This document shows, piece by piece, positions 25,701 through 40,700 of a DNA stretch of 55,777 nucleotides (positions within the stretch are counted from its first letter, which is position 1; each line of letters starts with the position of its first letter). Source of the DNA: Chiloscyllium plagiosum (Eukaryota); the NCBI RefSeq assembly GCF_004010195.1, contig NC_057718.1, positions 85,557,625 to 85,613,401 of the forward strand, written 5' to 3'. The notes under the pieces were generated by a model that ran no database searches, was not told the DNA's origin, and saw only the letters and a program-made list of their open reading frames with translations. A program made the translations under genes and the position numbers.

Positions 25701-28700
25701 GAAAGGCTATAAGGGCCTATTCCTACCCCTAATCCTTGAGTTTTTGAGAAACTATTTAATTCCTTTTCTATGTTGCTTTACCTTCTTGCTCTCTGTTTTC
25801 TTTATCTTATTTTCTCTCATGATATCCTTCCAACTGTTGATGTTGCTGAAACTTTATTTTGAATCCAGGAACAAGAGAAGATGAACCAACTTGTGGAAGA
25901 CCTTTGGGAATCCGAGTAGGCCCTAATGGGACTCTGTTTGTGGCTGATGCTTACTATGGATTATTTGAGGTTAATCCAGTCACAGGTAGAGTATTTTAAT
26001 CACCTGGAAGATAATTGATCACTAAGAACGTGTAAGATTTATAATGGATCTGGTGTTTATTTCTTTGTAAAGAGAGAATGCTCTTCCCTCTCCAGTACCC
26101 CAAGGATTAGGCTGCACAACTTTGATGTCCAAGGGAATGGAATGGAATGAGCTAACTGTTCTTACACCACACACTGTACAACTTTTATGTCATCCCCAGT
26201 CTCAATCGTTCTACAGACTATTGCTTGGCTAGGTAGGAAAGTGAACTGTGAAGAGTATATAGAAATGTTTCAGTGGAATTTGAAGAAGCTAAGTTAGTGG
26301 GCACATGCAAGGCAGATATATTGTAATGTGGATAAATGTGAGGTTATCCGGTTCAGGAGCAAAAACAGGAAGGTGGATTATTATCTGAATGGCTACAAAT
26401 TGAGAGAGAGAAGTATGCAATGAGATCTGGGTGTCCTCATACAGCAGTCATTGAATGTAAACATGCAGGTTCTGTAGGCGGTCAAGAAGGCAAATGGTAT
26501 GTTGGCCTTCATAATGAGGTTATTTGAATAGAGAAGCAGGTATGTCTTTCTGCAATTATACAGGGCTTGGTGGCACCACGTCTGGAATATATACAATTTT
26601 GATCTCCTTATCTGAGGAAAATGTTCTTACTATAGAAGGAGTGCAGCAAACCTTTACCAGACTGATTCCTGGGATAGCAGGGCTGGCATATAGGCTTTTG
26701 GATTAAGTTCGTTGGAGTTCAGAAGAATGAGAAACCTAAAAAGTTCTAGCAGGGCTAGATGGGTTAGATGCATGAGGACTGTTGATGGAGTCCATAACCG
26801 GGGTCACAGTCTAAGGATATGGGGTAAATCAGTTAGGACTCTGATTAGGGGAAATGTCTTAATCCAGCATGTTGGTGGAATTCTCTACCACAGAAAGCAG
26901 TTGAGACCAAAATCTTGAATGTTTGAGGAACGAGTTGAATAAAACACTTGAAGCTAAAGAGATCAAAAGATATGAGGGAAGAGTGGGAAAATCTGTTGAG
27001 TTGAATGATGTACTGTGGTTATCATAAATGTTGGAGCAGGCTCAAAGGGCTACTCATATGGCCTATTCCTGCTCATGTTTTCTATGATTCTATATTGGCA
27101 TACTGAGAATTGAAATTGGAATGTCAGCAGAACAAGTTATTTGAATTGGCAGAACTCCACAATGTGCTTTTCTAATAGTTGAATCTCTGTCAAGAGAGGA
27201 AGGCTGCGTAGGTGGTAATATCACTGGACTCATAATCCAGAACCCCAGTCTTGTGTTCTGAGGACATGGGTTTGAATCCCACTGTGGTAGATGGTGAAAT
27301 TTGAATTCAGTTTTAAAAATCTGAAAAGAAAGCAATGGTAATCATTTAACCGTTGTTAATTGTTGTAAAAACAATTTTAGACTCTCATGTCTGTGGAGCT
27401 CTTGCAAAAATTTGCAATTTCCTTTTCTGTTTCATGATATTTTGCCTGGACCTTATAGCAATTCTACACCCAATTTTGTGCTGCTTACGTGGGTAGGATC
27501 CAGAAAGTCAGATTCACATTAGTTCTGTTCAAGAGTCAGCAGATTCAAAGCTTTAACTCTGTTATCTCCCCATAAATGCTGCCGGAGCTACTGAGTTTCT
27601 CAAGCAATTTCTGTTCACTAGTAAATTCACAACTTGCCAAATTCTCTGGACAGCATGAGCACGGCCCAGTTTCAGGTAGCATTATGCTAAAAAGACAGCA
27701 ATTAAAAAGTAATAACAAGTATGCCGTTTTCCTTCATTGAAGCCCCTCACCCCAAGCATCAATTCCTTTTGATTCCTGCATAAAATGATCCTCGCTGTTT
27801 CTTGATTTCATGGTGAAAGCAGAAGTCAGTTCAGGAGGAGCTCATTCAAATTACACGTGATTAAAGTAGGTGAAGGTTTTCAGAGGCTTACTTTTGCAGT
27901 GACCTATTTTTCTATCCCCTTTCTCCTACTTGCCAAGGAGCTACTGACTGCCACTTCTCTCACCACTTGCGTCTAGTGTTAAGTCCAGAGGTGCCTTCCA
28001 ACATCACTGCTAAACTCTTGCCGATGGGTCACAGGATGAAACTGAAAACCCACAGATGGCAGCTGATCTTTCAGGTTATCCAGGCCAGAGGTTTGCAGTT
28101 GTACAATCCAGCTGTTCTAAAGGCCATGTTCACGAAGGCATGGAAGATGGCAAGGTAAACTGCACATACCAACTGCTTCCACCACACTGGGTTGAAATCG
28201 GCTATGACTGAACAAGGCGCTTAGAATGCCAAGGAGTAGGGTGAAACCAACAAACCCAATTATGAGGTTCTTTATACTCTCGTGTAGCGGCCATGGAAAT
28301 TCCACCAGAGCCAATCAAGAAAACGTATGTCAAGGTGGACAGCATGACACCATGCTGCACAATGTAATTGATAGAAGAGGCGATAATAGATGCACTACAT
28401 TCTTTAACCAAGGTATTTGAGGCTGATGACCCTGAAGAGTTCAATGAATGCTCACTCAGTCAACTGCCCATTTTTTTTGCTGAAGATGCAAAGGCCATGG
28501 AGATGATCCAGGATTTTGCAATGTAGCATGAGAACGGTGGAAATATATTTGACAACATAGCGGATTAAATCACAGAGGTAGCATGCTAAACAGAAAAAGA
28601 TCACTGAGTTTTTCTGGCACTGACTCCCAACTTTATTTGTGTGTTTTTACGGTGTGTTTTTATTTGGAATTTTGTTTTGGTATAATGGTACATTTGAACA

Positions 28701-31700
28701 AATTGGATTGTATAGGCCCCTCCATTGCTATCTTGATGCTCCATTTAACACACATTTCTGGGTGCACCTCCTGGGATTTGTTCTGTTGTGAATTTACTAT
28801 ATTATGAAATGTTGTTTTATCAAAGATTCTTGGTTAATTGTAGCAGTTGCTGAAAGTCTCCATTGAATTCGTGATGTTTACAATCTAAACATCCAGACAT
28901 TGGAAGATAAGCTCTTTTGTTTGAAATCTTTAATGAAACAGGCCTGTTTATATAGACTTCATGGTTCCAATCATGGACAGCACTTACCTGTTCTGTCATA
29001 AATAATTTCAGGTGAAGTGGAGATGCTGGTCTCTGCTCAGAAGATTATTCAAGGCAGGCGAATGGCCTTTGTGAATGACCTCAGCATCACACAGGATGGC
29101 AGAAAGATCTACTTCACTGATTCCAGCAGTAAGTGGCAGAGAAGAGATAACCGATACCTGGTGATGGAGGGCACTGCTGATGGGCGGTGAGTATTTTGGA
29201 GTTCTGTCTTTACTTGTATTGTTAGTTGTGGTTGTATTGTTAACAGATGACAAACTTTGTATTTATGTAACATCTTTTCCTTTTGGTTCTCCTGGAATCA
29301 CTGACTTATGCTGTTCCATTTTAGCAGCTGTTGGCTGTCCTCTATCCAGCCTGAATTGACTTGCACAAACCTTCGAAATTAATTTGTTAAGGAGACATCA
29401 TGGCCAAACATGACCTTCACTCACATGCCCTTTCTATTAGAGATCACTGTGCAGCCTGGATTGTCTCTCCGTTGTCTCTTTTTAGTGTTTGGAGTAGAGG
29501 TCAACACATCTCTGATAATTAAAACTGAAGCACCCAAAGAAGCTCGTCTTACTTCATAATCTGATAAAGAAGTGTGACAAGTGGTGTAACGTATCTCTCA
29601 CCACCACCCCCACCCCAGACTGATATGAAGGAGTGGTTAAATTAAGTGAAATTCTTTCATTCACTCTGTACTCAATAAGGAACACCTTATCTAACTCCAA
29701 CAGTGAACGAATTAACAGAACAATTAATAAAATGAACAATTCCTCTCAAACTACCTATTTCAGAATAAATCAAAATTCTAATAGGATGATGTTCAAATAA
29801 ATACAAGCCCCACTTAAATAACAAAACAAAATATTAAAACTTAGTCTGAAGTTCACACAATGTGTCTTAAGGAATGTTCCGCTGTTTCTCCTGTCTTCAG
29901 TTGATTCTGCTGTCAGAGATGTTTTCTCAGTAATTTCTTCTGTTCTACCTCTCTCAAGTAAATTCTGGTGTCTGGAAAATTATCTAAGAGTGCTGTGTAC
30001 CTTTATGAATAGATAGTGTTTTTGGAGAGCGTGGAGATGTCTGTGAGAGTGAGATGTTTTTCTTCAGATGGCAGAGAGTACCATCTTTCTCAAAGATGTA
30101 CTCTCAGTTCAGATGGCAGTTGGCTCTCAGTCAGTTTTCAAAATGTCCACATGTTTTATATTCTTGTATATTTTTTACAATCAGATTGGTTCCTGGTAGT
30201 CAAAATCATCAGGTTTAAATGTGATATGTTTTCAGTATCTAAGAGCTTGGTCTAAAATAATTGGCTGATTCAAGCTAGTTACCAAAACAACAAAACAAGC
30301 CTAAGATTTTCCAATGACACAGCCAATTTTTACATGTTTCCAATTTAGAACTATCTATGTATCTATAGCTGCTTGCAGATATTTTTTTTAAAATCCCCAA
30401 GCTTTGAAAAGTACTTTATCTCTTAAAGGGACCACACAGTCTGCCCTCCTGTCACTTAAACAAACAAACTCTAGCTTTCTGCCTTCCACTTCATGAATAC
30501 TCTACTCAATCTTGAAGTGTTAGGAATAATGAGATATGGTTGAAGTGCCCAGAGCAATGATTTAAATGTGAAGCTGTCTTGGTCAGCGTGATTCTGTGTC
30601 ACACAGAATGCTGCACTAATCAGCTAATTTGATCATACTGAGTTTCTCTTAATTTCTACTTCAATGTTAAAGATGTTCCCTTGCATCTTCCAGTTTGTAA
30701 ATCTTTTCACTTATTGGCATTGAAATTCTATTGAGTTCTTTCCACGGGCTGGTACTGTCAATGTCCTTCTAGAACGACTTGTTTGGTTTATCTGTCTCCC
30801 ATTTGGTTATTATCTGTGAAATTGACCAGTTTAAATTGTCTCTAAGACCATGTAATTTGTTTAGATCATAAACAGAAGTCCCATAATCTGTCTCTGAAGC
30901 ACTCCATTGAACAAAGTCTGACAACTCTTATTTTTGGACTATTCTAATTTCAAAACCTACTGTCTTTCTAACCATCCTTTACCTTTTTTATTGTGGTTAT
31001 GGCCTAAGTGTTTTCTCATGCCTTTAACCTGACAAGCTTCCTGGACTTGTTTTTCCATTACATCAATATCTTATTAATCTATCCGGAATCTAATCTGGCT
31101 AACCTCTAAATATTTTTTCTGTGTTGAAAATTGTCAAGAATTCAAATCCCATACCAATAAAAGGGGGCGGGGGGAGATGTAATATTTCTAACTACAGAAA
31201 TGTAGATTCTAGGATACATTGAATGATAATTGTCCTGAACTGGGATGTATTTGCCAACATTACGTCAGGTACAAATGGGCACCTTCAAACAAAAGCAAAT
31301 GTAGCACTACTACTTAAGGAAAAGTAGCCATAGTCTCGGAGAACCACAAGGTTGCACTTGCATTGGAGACAGACGACTTGTGGTGGTTTAACCTGAGGGT
31401 CACCACACCTCAGACGAAGGGCAAGGTTGAAAAGTGGAACCTTCACAGTCAGCCCAGCCAGCATGGGAATTGAATCTGTGCTGTTGGCATTATTGTTCAT
31501 TGTAAACCATCCAGCCAACTGAACTACCCAGCCTCCACTACTACAATATAACATGTAATGAAAGTATTCCTTCTGTGTTGTGATCATTTTCTCAATTACT
31601 TCCAGACCCATTTTGATCCGTAATTTTATATATGAGCTCAATGTTTAGTACAACAGTAACCTCAAGATTTGACAAAGGGTTTATGAACTGAAAAGATTGT

Positions 31701-34700
31701 TCAACATTCACCAAATATTTTGCTAAAATTTCCTCTTCGATTCAGTACACCTCACCAAATTATGAACCAGTGAGTAGCGATTACTGTTTCTCCCTGAAAT
31801 AAACTGAGCACTTGAGGTGCTGCGACTGCCACCTATGAAATTGAACTTAATGGATAATAATAGTGATTTATTATGTTTTAGTTGATATCATTTGCAAATC
31901 TTTCTGCACTCCTTGCTTATCTTTTGGTTTTGAGGTGAGAAAAAAAGTCAATACTCACCATTTTTAATTTCTTGAAATATTCTTGCCTAGTTGTTAATCC
32001 TGTGTGTAATTGATATTATTATTATTGCAGATTAATGGAATATGACACAGTAACAAAACAAGTGGAGGTATTAATGGATGACCTAAGGTTTGCAAACGGA
32101 GTCCAACTCTCTCCAGCTGAGGACTATGTACTAGTTACTGAGACGACCATGGCTCGAATTAGAAGGTGAGAATAAAATGCTGTGCATAAATAATATCTGT
32201 GTGAACAAGACCATTATTAGATTGCAGGTACATTTGCTACTTAGTTTTATTAAAAGCAAATCTGTCATATTCCCTTAAAATGTTCTCTGCATATTTCTGT
32301 GGATCATACAAAAAGTATTACTCTAAGTAAAACATGCTTTGTCTAGGAAAGAACAAATTACAATACCTAATCTATTTTATGTTTCCCAAGATTGGCTTAC
32401 AACAAGTAAAGAAAATGTTCTATAAAATTTATGGAATCAGTATAATGGCTACTGAATAGATGGTAATCTGTCGAGCATAGGATCAGTTATTTAAGCTCCT
32501 TGAACCTTTTCCACTATTGAGTGGGATCATCACTGATCTGTAATCCTAACCCATATTTATTAATACCTTTGACTAACAAAAAGAAACTAACTCAATTTAA
32601 AATTAACAATCGATGTGGCATCAATTGAGGTTTGTAGAAGAGCTGTAGATTTTACTTTTTTTGTATGTAGAAATGTTTCTGAATTTTACTGCTGAAAATG
32701 CTGCCTGCAATATTTCCCTGGCCCTAGACTGTCTAATAGTGGAAATATTTCCTCTCTGTCTCTCTTATCTGTTGTCTTTAATATTTTGAAAACTTCGATC
32801 TGCAATGAAACTCACGTTACAGTAATTTTACTCTTCCACCTCCACTGTTAGCAGTGTCACCTATCTTTGTGTCATTGGCTAATTTTGAATACGTAGCATT
32901 TTAGCCCATCCTCAAGTTGAAAAATGGGGTGAACAATTGAGGCCCCGATATAAATCTTTGTGGAATGTTTACAAACTTGTGTTGACTCCTGCTGGTCAGC
33001 TGAATGGTTTTGCAATCTTCAGTCACTTTTTCTTAATTATTCACTCCACTAGTTTTCTGACAATAGAATTTAGCCTAGTTGGTGTCTCATCCTCTGGTTT
33101 TCCTATGTTTATTAAACAGCTGAATGATGTGCATAATTTTCTATTCCGAAGGAATGCTTTTCAACTTGTGAGAATTTTGGAAGATTATAGCCAAAGCATC
33201 AATAATATTCTCATCAATAATAACTTTCTTTAATCCCTATTGTGGGAAATCTTTTGGTCCTGGGTTATTTCTCTCTTCTTTGCCGATATGTATTTGTTAC
33301 TGTTATTTAGCATGTTTCTTTAAGTCCCTGTCCCTGATTTCAATATTAGTTTCCTTGGTATGCCTACCAAGCTAATCTCTTTCTCTGCTGTACATAGCCA
33401 TACAAATAAATCCTTAGCATGTCTATTGTTCTTTATTGACAGCATCAATATTGAGTTTTCAAGGGGTTTTTGTTGCTTTTTCTTTTATTCAATCATGGGA
33501 TGTGGGTGTTGCTGGCTAGTCCAGCATTTCTGCTGAATTCCCCAGAGGGCTGCCAACCACGTTGCTAGGGGCCTGGAGTCATGCATAGGTCAGACCAGGT
33601 AAGGACATCAGATTTCCTGCGCCTAGGAAGCCAGTTCATCATTAGACTTTTAATTCCAGTTTTATTTTATTATTGAATGCAAATTTCACCATCTACCATG
33701 GCGGGATTTGAACCCGCGACTACAGAACATTACTTGTATCTCTGAATTAATAGTCTGATGATAATGCCCACTAGACCGTTGCCTCCTTTTATCCTATTTT
33801 ATCCACTTTTTCTTTTCATTAATATTTCTGGTAGTATAGAAATGTATTTGTGCTATGTAATTCAATTCTGGCTCTTTTTTGGAATGCAGTTGCAGCATAA
33901 CTAGATTATCATGACTAGTTTTGGATAATATCTGTTACCTCCCTATACCAAGTTGGTGCTATTTTAAGTATTTAATGTATAGTTCTGTTTTATTTTTAAT
34001 TTGTTGAAATCCTGATCTTTCCAGAATTTGTACTGAGCTGTGATCTTACTTGGATTACTATTGCACAATAGGAATAGTTGACATGATTCCAACTGTCTTC
34101 CTTCTTTAAGAGCTTTTCAAAATTCCATAGCATTCATTTTAAGTACTTCAGAATTTGACTTTTTGTAACATTGCGCTTTAATTCTTTCCAACCTGAAGAT
34201 TTTCAATTACTTTTGGATTTGAATTGAAATGAATAATTAGTATGAAAAAATGCTATTTGTTCTGATGCACTTTGCACATTTCTTTTCCTTATTTTTTTAC
34301 AGCTTTGTCCCCCTTTGTCATTCTTTGCATCTATCGTATTAATCAGGATCTGTGATTTTGTTTTGTTGGATTTAGGTTGACTCTTGCCTCTTTAGTGATT
34401 CATGGTTGACAATTTTGTCAAGTAAACTCCTTAAGAGAATAATTTCATTTGAATCAAATTAAGTTCTTTCTTTAACACTGTCCACTGATTTCTACCGTTT
34501 TATTGGTTATCACATTTACACTTCACTGCATCCAGTTTCTCTATCATTGCATTGAATTCAGTTTTCCTTAAGTGTAGCATTTTACTGGCTGTTGAGTATT
34601 TTACCCTTTAAAACTTGAGCTTGATGTTGTAATCACTATTCAATGAATGTCTGTGCACTGTGAGGCATTTTACTAAGTCTTTATGGCATACCCTTTTGTT

Positions 34701-37700
34701 CATTCTAGGCCATATTGTACAGGTTACTATTGTGAATGTACTCTAGAAATTCACCAGTTTTCTGACATATGCTAATCTGCTTATCACTAACTAATAAGAA
34801 AGTTGAAATCCCTATTAAAATTGTGCTACCATTGCTGCAGATATTTTCTAAACTAACTGTTCAGAAACATTATTGCACATCTCTGGGACAGGTTAGATTT
34901 GAGTCCAGGTCTCCTGGTTTTAGAGTTAGGGACAGTACCACTGCCACAAGAGCAAACTTGTTTAATGTAAGCAAGTTACTGTGTAACAGTTGGCACAAGA
35001 GTCCAAACACAACTGCTGATACAGTCTTAAATATTTCTGTGTTCAATCTTTCTGTGTTCAAGTGATGTTTATACTGTACAAGGGAAGAGTTCTGATTGGT
35101 TGACAAGTAGACGCTGATTCAAAGAGAGGTTGCCATGGAGAATGTATCAGTTAATGATTGCGAAGCATTTTGGAAATTAACTGTCATCATTATCCATTGT
35201 CATGAATTGTCATGATGAGTGCATTGTAAAATGCTTTCACAAATGTATTTCTTTTCAACAACAGTGAAAAGCTTTACTACCAAGTGAGTATTTGTATACT
35301 TTTGTATTCATTGATTCTACCCGTCAAATCTTCCCTTCCTGCATGCCTCTCATGTCCTTTGTTATCTTCCTTAATGGTAAACGTTACTCAACCTCTTTTA
35401 TAAATTTACCACCCTGACAGTCTTTCAGCCATGAATCTGTAATGGCTACCATATTAGAATTTGCACCTGAAATTCAATTTGTTCCTTATGCAAAGAGCAC
35501 TTTTAAGACAAACACTAACCTGTCCTTTTGCTCTAATATTTTACTGACATTTTTCTTATTTCTCATTTCTTGATTAATTATTTAATATCTTTTGATTTCA
35601 TTTTATCCGTAGCACCTAAGCACAATTTCTGGCTGTTACTCCAAACTTTTCCTTTTTGGTTACGTCTTGAATTATCATTTATGCTAACTTTACTCCATGA
35701 ACACTTCACCCATTTACAAGTCTAGAGCATCTACCACAACCTTTATTTATCCTTGTCATCAGGACAGTGTAGTTCGAGTTGAACTCATTCCAACTGTACA
35801 TTTCAGTCCTGGTGAAATGCTGGTAACAGTATCTGACTAAATGGAGCACCTTTCTCCTACTTCACACTTTTGACCATGTGTTCATGTCCCTTATTTGTTT
35901 ATCTGCAGACCAATTTGGACATGATTTCACTAATAATCCAGTGATCATAATTTTTGAGGTCTTGTCTTTAAATTTAGTTCTTAGTTTTGCTTTATTCCTT
36001 CATATAAGCTGGCTGTCATTGGCTAAGTCAATACTTCCAGCCCACTCCTAATTGCCATGGAGAAGTTGGTAGACATTAAATGCTGCAGTCCTACAGGTTA
36101 AGGGCACCAACAGTGTTGCTTTGTTACATTTGAAACTGATAAGGAAGTAAAGAGCAGCCAACTCATCAAGCCCCCCCCCCCCCCCTTCTGCAGGTTGACT
36201 TAAGGCTGATGGATGTCATGCTTCCACCTTTCCCAAGCCCGGTATGCCATGTAATCTTTGAGATAAAACAAAGGTCTGGAGAAAGTTCTCAGGCCAGTGT
36301 GCAGCAAAGTATTTTAGAAAGGTCCTCTCTCTCAGCTTTCAGGCTATCCAAACCATATTTAGGATTGAGTATTTGTTATCTATGCCTACATCTACCTCAT
36401 TGTAGATTAAACAATACAAACCTAATCTTCCAGTCAAAATAAAATATTTGGATTAACAGGATATTGAGAGCAGGGAAGGAAAGAGAAGGAAACAATGTAA
36501 AAGGTTTACCCTGTAAAGTGCTAAAGTCGATGGGTTTAATAACTTTGTGACAAATCAGGTTGCCAGAATTGATAACATTTTCCACATCTAATCAATCATA
36601 ACTAATCAGCGCTATAACTCTGTGACAAAGATACAGTGACAACTTGTATGTGCATTAAGTGGAACTTGTTTTAAGCTGTTGTTGCACATGAGAAGTATTG
36701 AGTCTTTCCAGTAGAGTGCAGTATGGCACATTTTATGTTGTTTGTTGTCCTTGTAACAAGAACAAATTGCTGTGTGATGTCCTATTCTTTTCCTGTCTAG
36801 GGACAATTCATAAAGTGAGTTTTTGTTTAAAAAGTTAAGCATACAAAATCAGTAATTTCAGTAATTTCCTGCCAATTACTTCAGCTGCAATAAGGAAATG
36901 AGCTTTTAGTTTCTCATAGTTGGCATGTCCCAAATATAAAATGACACCCTAAACTGGAGCAAGCACAAAGTGCTGCAGTTCGCTGTGCTCTGACAAGACT
37001 GACAATCAGCTTAACCACAAGGATAATCAGATATTATTATGTTGATGTGTTTCCATTTTATTCTTATAATTTATAGGAACCATTCAGTGTGTTACATTGA
37101 TTCCATTATACTTTGATACTTGAAATGTATCAGTACTTTGAAACACATGCACATTTCAGTACATAAATGAACTTAAAGCACAGAGACAGGCCAATCTCCA
37201 TGCACCATTAACTTACTTTATAAAAACAATTTAGCATCTGCTTCAAAGTATTTCCAGGTCAAGTACAGAATAAAGCCATGTGGAGAATAATTTTAACTCT
37301 TCTCTAATGATGTCTTAACACTGACTTGAGAGTTTGAGTTTTTTTTGGTGTTTAACACCAACAGTTCATTCTTCTGAGAACATTCCGAAGAAGGGTCACT
37401 GAACCTGAAACTTTAACACTGATTTGTTTCCACAGATGCTGCAAGACCTGTTGAATTTTTCTAGCAATTTCTGTTTTTGTTTCTGATTTTCAGCATCTAC
37501 AATTCTTTAGGTATTTTGTTCAGGTGATAGTAGCACCAGTTAAGCATGGACAAGTGCAAAGTGAAAAGAAATATAAACTGAATGAAGAGATAATGATTTG
37601 TCACTCAAACTTTGTGTCCTTGCCAGATACCACATCTCTGGATTAAGAAAAGGAGGACATGATATATTCTTTGACAATCTTCCTGGGTTTCCTGACAATA

Positions 37701-40700
37701 TCCGACCAAGTAGTTCAGGAGGCTATTGGGTTGGCATGGCAGTACTACGCCCAAATCCTGGCTTTTCTATGATGGATTTCCTTGCTCCAAGGCCTTGGCT
37801 TAAGAATTTGATTTTCAAGGTAGGAAATACTTCATTGTTGGCTTGCAATACAGAAAAGTTACAATGGATCAAAAACACTACACAAGATAGGTACAGGACA
37901 TTCAGATGTTATTTCCTAGTTTAGCTGTGTTTGTGAAATTTGTGCAGTGCTATGGAACCTTTCAACTGAGCAGGTTTTTAATTTTGGTTCCTAACTTGTA
38001 TTCCTGGAAGGAAGCAAAGACAACGCCCATAAGTATCTTACATGCCAGAACATTTCTGTGGCAAGTTTGTCGACTCTAGTAATGGTTAATTTGAGTGACC
38101 CCCTTCCATATTTCAAATGCAAGAAAATGCATTATGAATGTAGCTTAATTTAAGTATTATAGCCACAGCATCATTTTGGTGAGTCTGAGCTGCATCCCTT
38201 CCAAAGCAGGTATATTCATCCTAAAATACATTGCCCAGAAATGAAAGCTGAATAGGATCATATCCAGGCTTGTATAAATGCAACTTAGCACCAATCCTTT
38301 TGTATGTTACACCCATTAAGATAAAGGCCAATGTCAATTAGCTTCATCATTATTTTCCCCCAGTTTGTCAGCTTTTAATGGCTTCTGTATTTAGGCTCAT
38401 AAATCTTTGTACTGCCATAATTGACAGCTTCTTGCCATTTCAGATGTAATCTATCTATCTTATTTCCAAAGTGGGCGACAAAACAATTTCCTAATTATAC
38501 TCCATCTACTACTGTTTTGTTCACTGACTTACTATAATCAGTATCTTTTGCAACTTGCTGCACTGTCCAGTAAGTATTTCTGGACAAGTATTAGGAAAGG
38601 AAGCTGGCCAACTCCAAACATAATCCTTTGGGTGAAGGGAGGCGAAGTTGTTTCTGAAGTGGGTGATGCTGTGATTTAGCTGTGTTATGACTGAGATGAG
38701 CTGTAAGGGGCAGTACACTTACATCATAAATCATTCTGTGAATAAATGTACATTCTGATGCAGTGCAAAGTTATTTTTAAAAAACACACTTGCAGTTATA
38801 TAATGCCTCAATGTTCCGAAGAGATTTTTAGTGAAGTACTTTTTTTGAGGTGTAATAATATAGGAAGCATGACATCTAATTTGAATAAAAGTCCCACAAA
38901 TTATAAGCTGGTAATGATCAGGTAATTTATTTCAGTGACATTGTTTGGGGGCTACATATTGACCAATATCTCCCTGTTCTTTGAATTGTATTACATCTGC
39001 CAGAGGTGGGGTCTCAGTTTAATGTTTTACCTGAAAAGTAGCACCTTATCAATACTGCAGTGAGAATTTCAACCTGAATTACAGGCTCGAGCCTGTGAAG
39101 ATGACCAATCAAAATCCTCCTTGCTCTGAGGTGAGAGTGTATCACTGATCCACTGTTGATTAGAACATAAGAAATAGGAACAGAAGTAAACCATTTGCCT
39201 CCTCAAGCCTGCTCCACCATTCAGTAGGATTATGGCTGATCTGACTCCTACCATTTCTCTGTAACCATTAATTCCCCCACTGATAAAGTATCTATCCACC
39301 TTAAACTTAGATATACCCAAGGTCTCTGCCCCTAAAGCTGGCTGTGGCAAGGAGTTTCAAAAAACCCAACCATCTGAGATGAGACGTTCCTCTCTCCAAA
39401 CCTTAAATTGGTGCTGCTTTATTCAGAGACACTGTCCTTTGGCCCTAGACTCTGCCATGAGGGGGAATATCCTCTCTGGCATTTACCCTGTAAAGCCTCT
39501 TTAGAATTCTATATGTCTCAATGAGATTGCCTCTCATTCTTCTAAACTCCAGAGAGTAGCGTCCCAATCTGTTTAGCCTTCACTCATAAAACACTCATTC
39601 CATACTGGGGATCGTCCTAGTGGACCTTCTGTGAACTGCCTTCCATGAAATGATAAAGAAATAGAACAGAAGTAGTTTGTTCAGTCCTCAAGGCTGCTTG
39701 GCCATTCAGTGAGATCACAGCTGATCCAACGTTTCTCACATCCATTTTTTGGATTGGGCGGATGCTGTTCAGAGGGTTAATGTAGACTCAATGAACGGAA
39801 TGGCCTGCTTCCACACCACAGGGATTCTATCAATATCTCTCTGCAAACTGTTTGTGTCCCTCTCTCGACCTTTCCATCCATTTTTGCATCAGCAATATGT
39901 TTGCCTTCTTCCTTGATGCAGTTACACAGCTTGAACCAGTTTCAGCTTCAATTCATGTTGTTCTGAGAGACTGTTATGGACCAGGCCAGACCTCAAAGTA
40001 TTTTAAAAGGTAGCCTAGACCCCAACTACTTCTTATTTTAAAGGCAGATGTGAAGTGGATATTCCAGGAGTGATGCAGGAGTGAGTCAAACCACTCGGTT
40101 TTAAGCAAACAGAATTTATTTAAACACTACAGTTGAAATATGAACAAAAGTGAGCAGAATGTAGAATAACTTAACTATTTGAAAACCCAACCGACCTGAT
40201 ATAGCAATTTAGCTAAGGAGCTGTTCCAATTCCCATAACATCCCATAAACACACGCCTTGGCAAAAGGTAAATTCAAACTCCGGTTCTTACAGGCAGGAG
40301 GAAACAATTTCCAAAGAGACTTTGGAGAGAAAGCCAGTCAGGAACTATCTGCTGAAGCTTGGAACTTTTCTCTGCATTGCTGCAGCTCCTCATTGTTACA
40401 ATTAACAGAAACTAGTAAAAAACCTGGACGAGAAGAACTGACCACTCCTCTGCCATTGTTAAACTAGGCTCTTGCCCAGGCATTTCAGCACTTCTACCTT
40501 TACAACCTCTCTTGAGGAAAAAAAAGGACAAAATAACCTTTTAAAGCATCATCCCCCCTTAAGAAATGAACCATAAATGTACAAAGATGGCTTCATTTTA
40601 AATCCCTTAGACTTACCCTGTTAGTACACTACAATACATATACATTACATTAACTACAACCATGCAAACATGCACTACTATGTTTTATTTCAGTCTGTTA

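Noticed and set aside
36170..36185. Poly-C run (and poly-G at 3501-3513)
   Set aside because: Simple homopolymers with no supporting structure; their lengths are error-prone.
37598..37924. 108-aa ORF as a stand-alone gene
   Set aside because: It is APMAP exon 8 plus read-through into the flanking introns.
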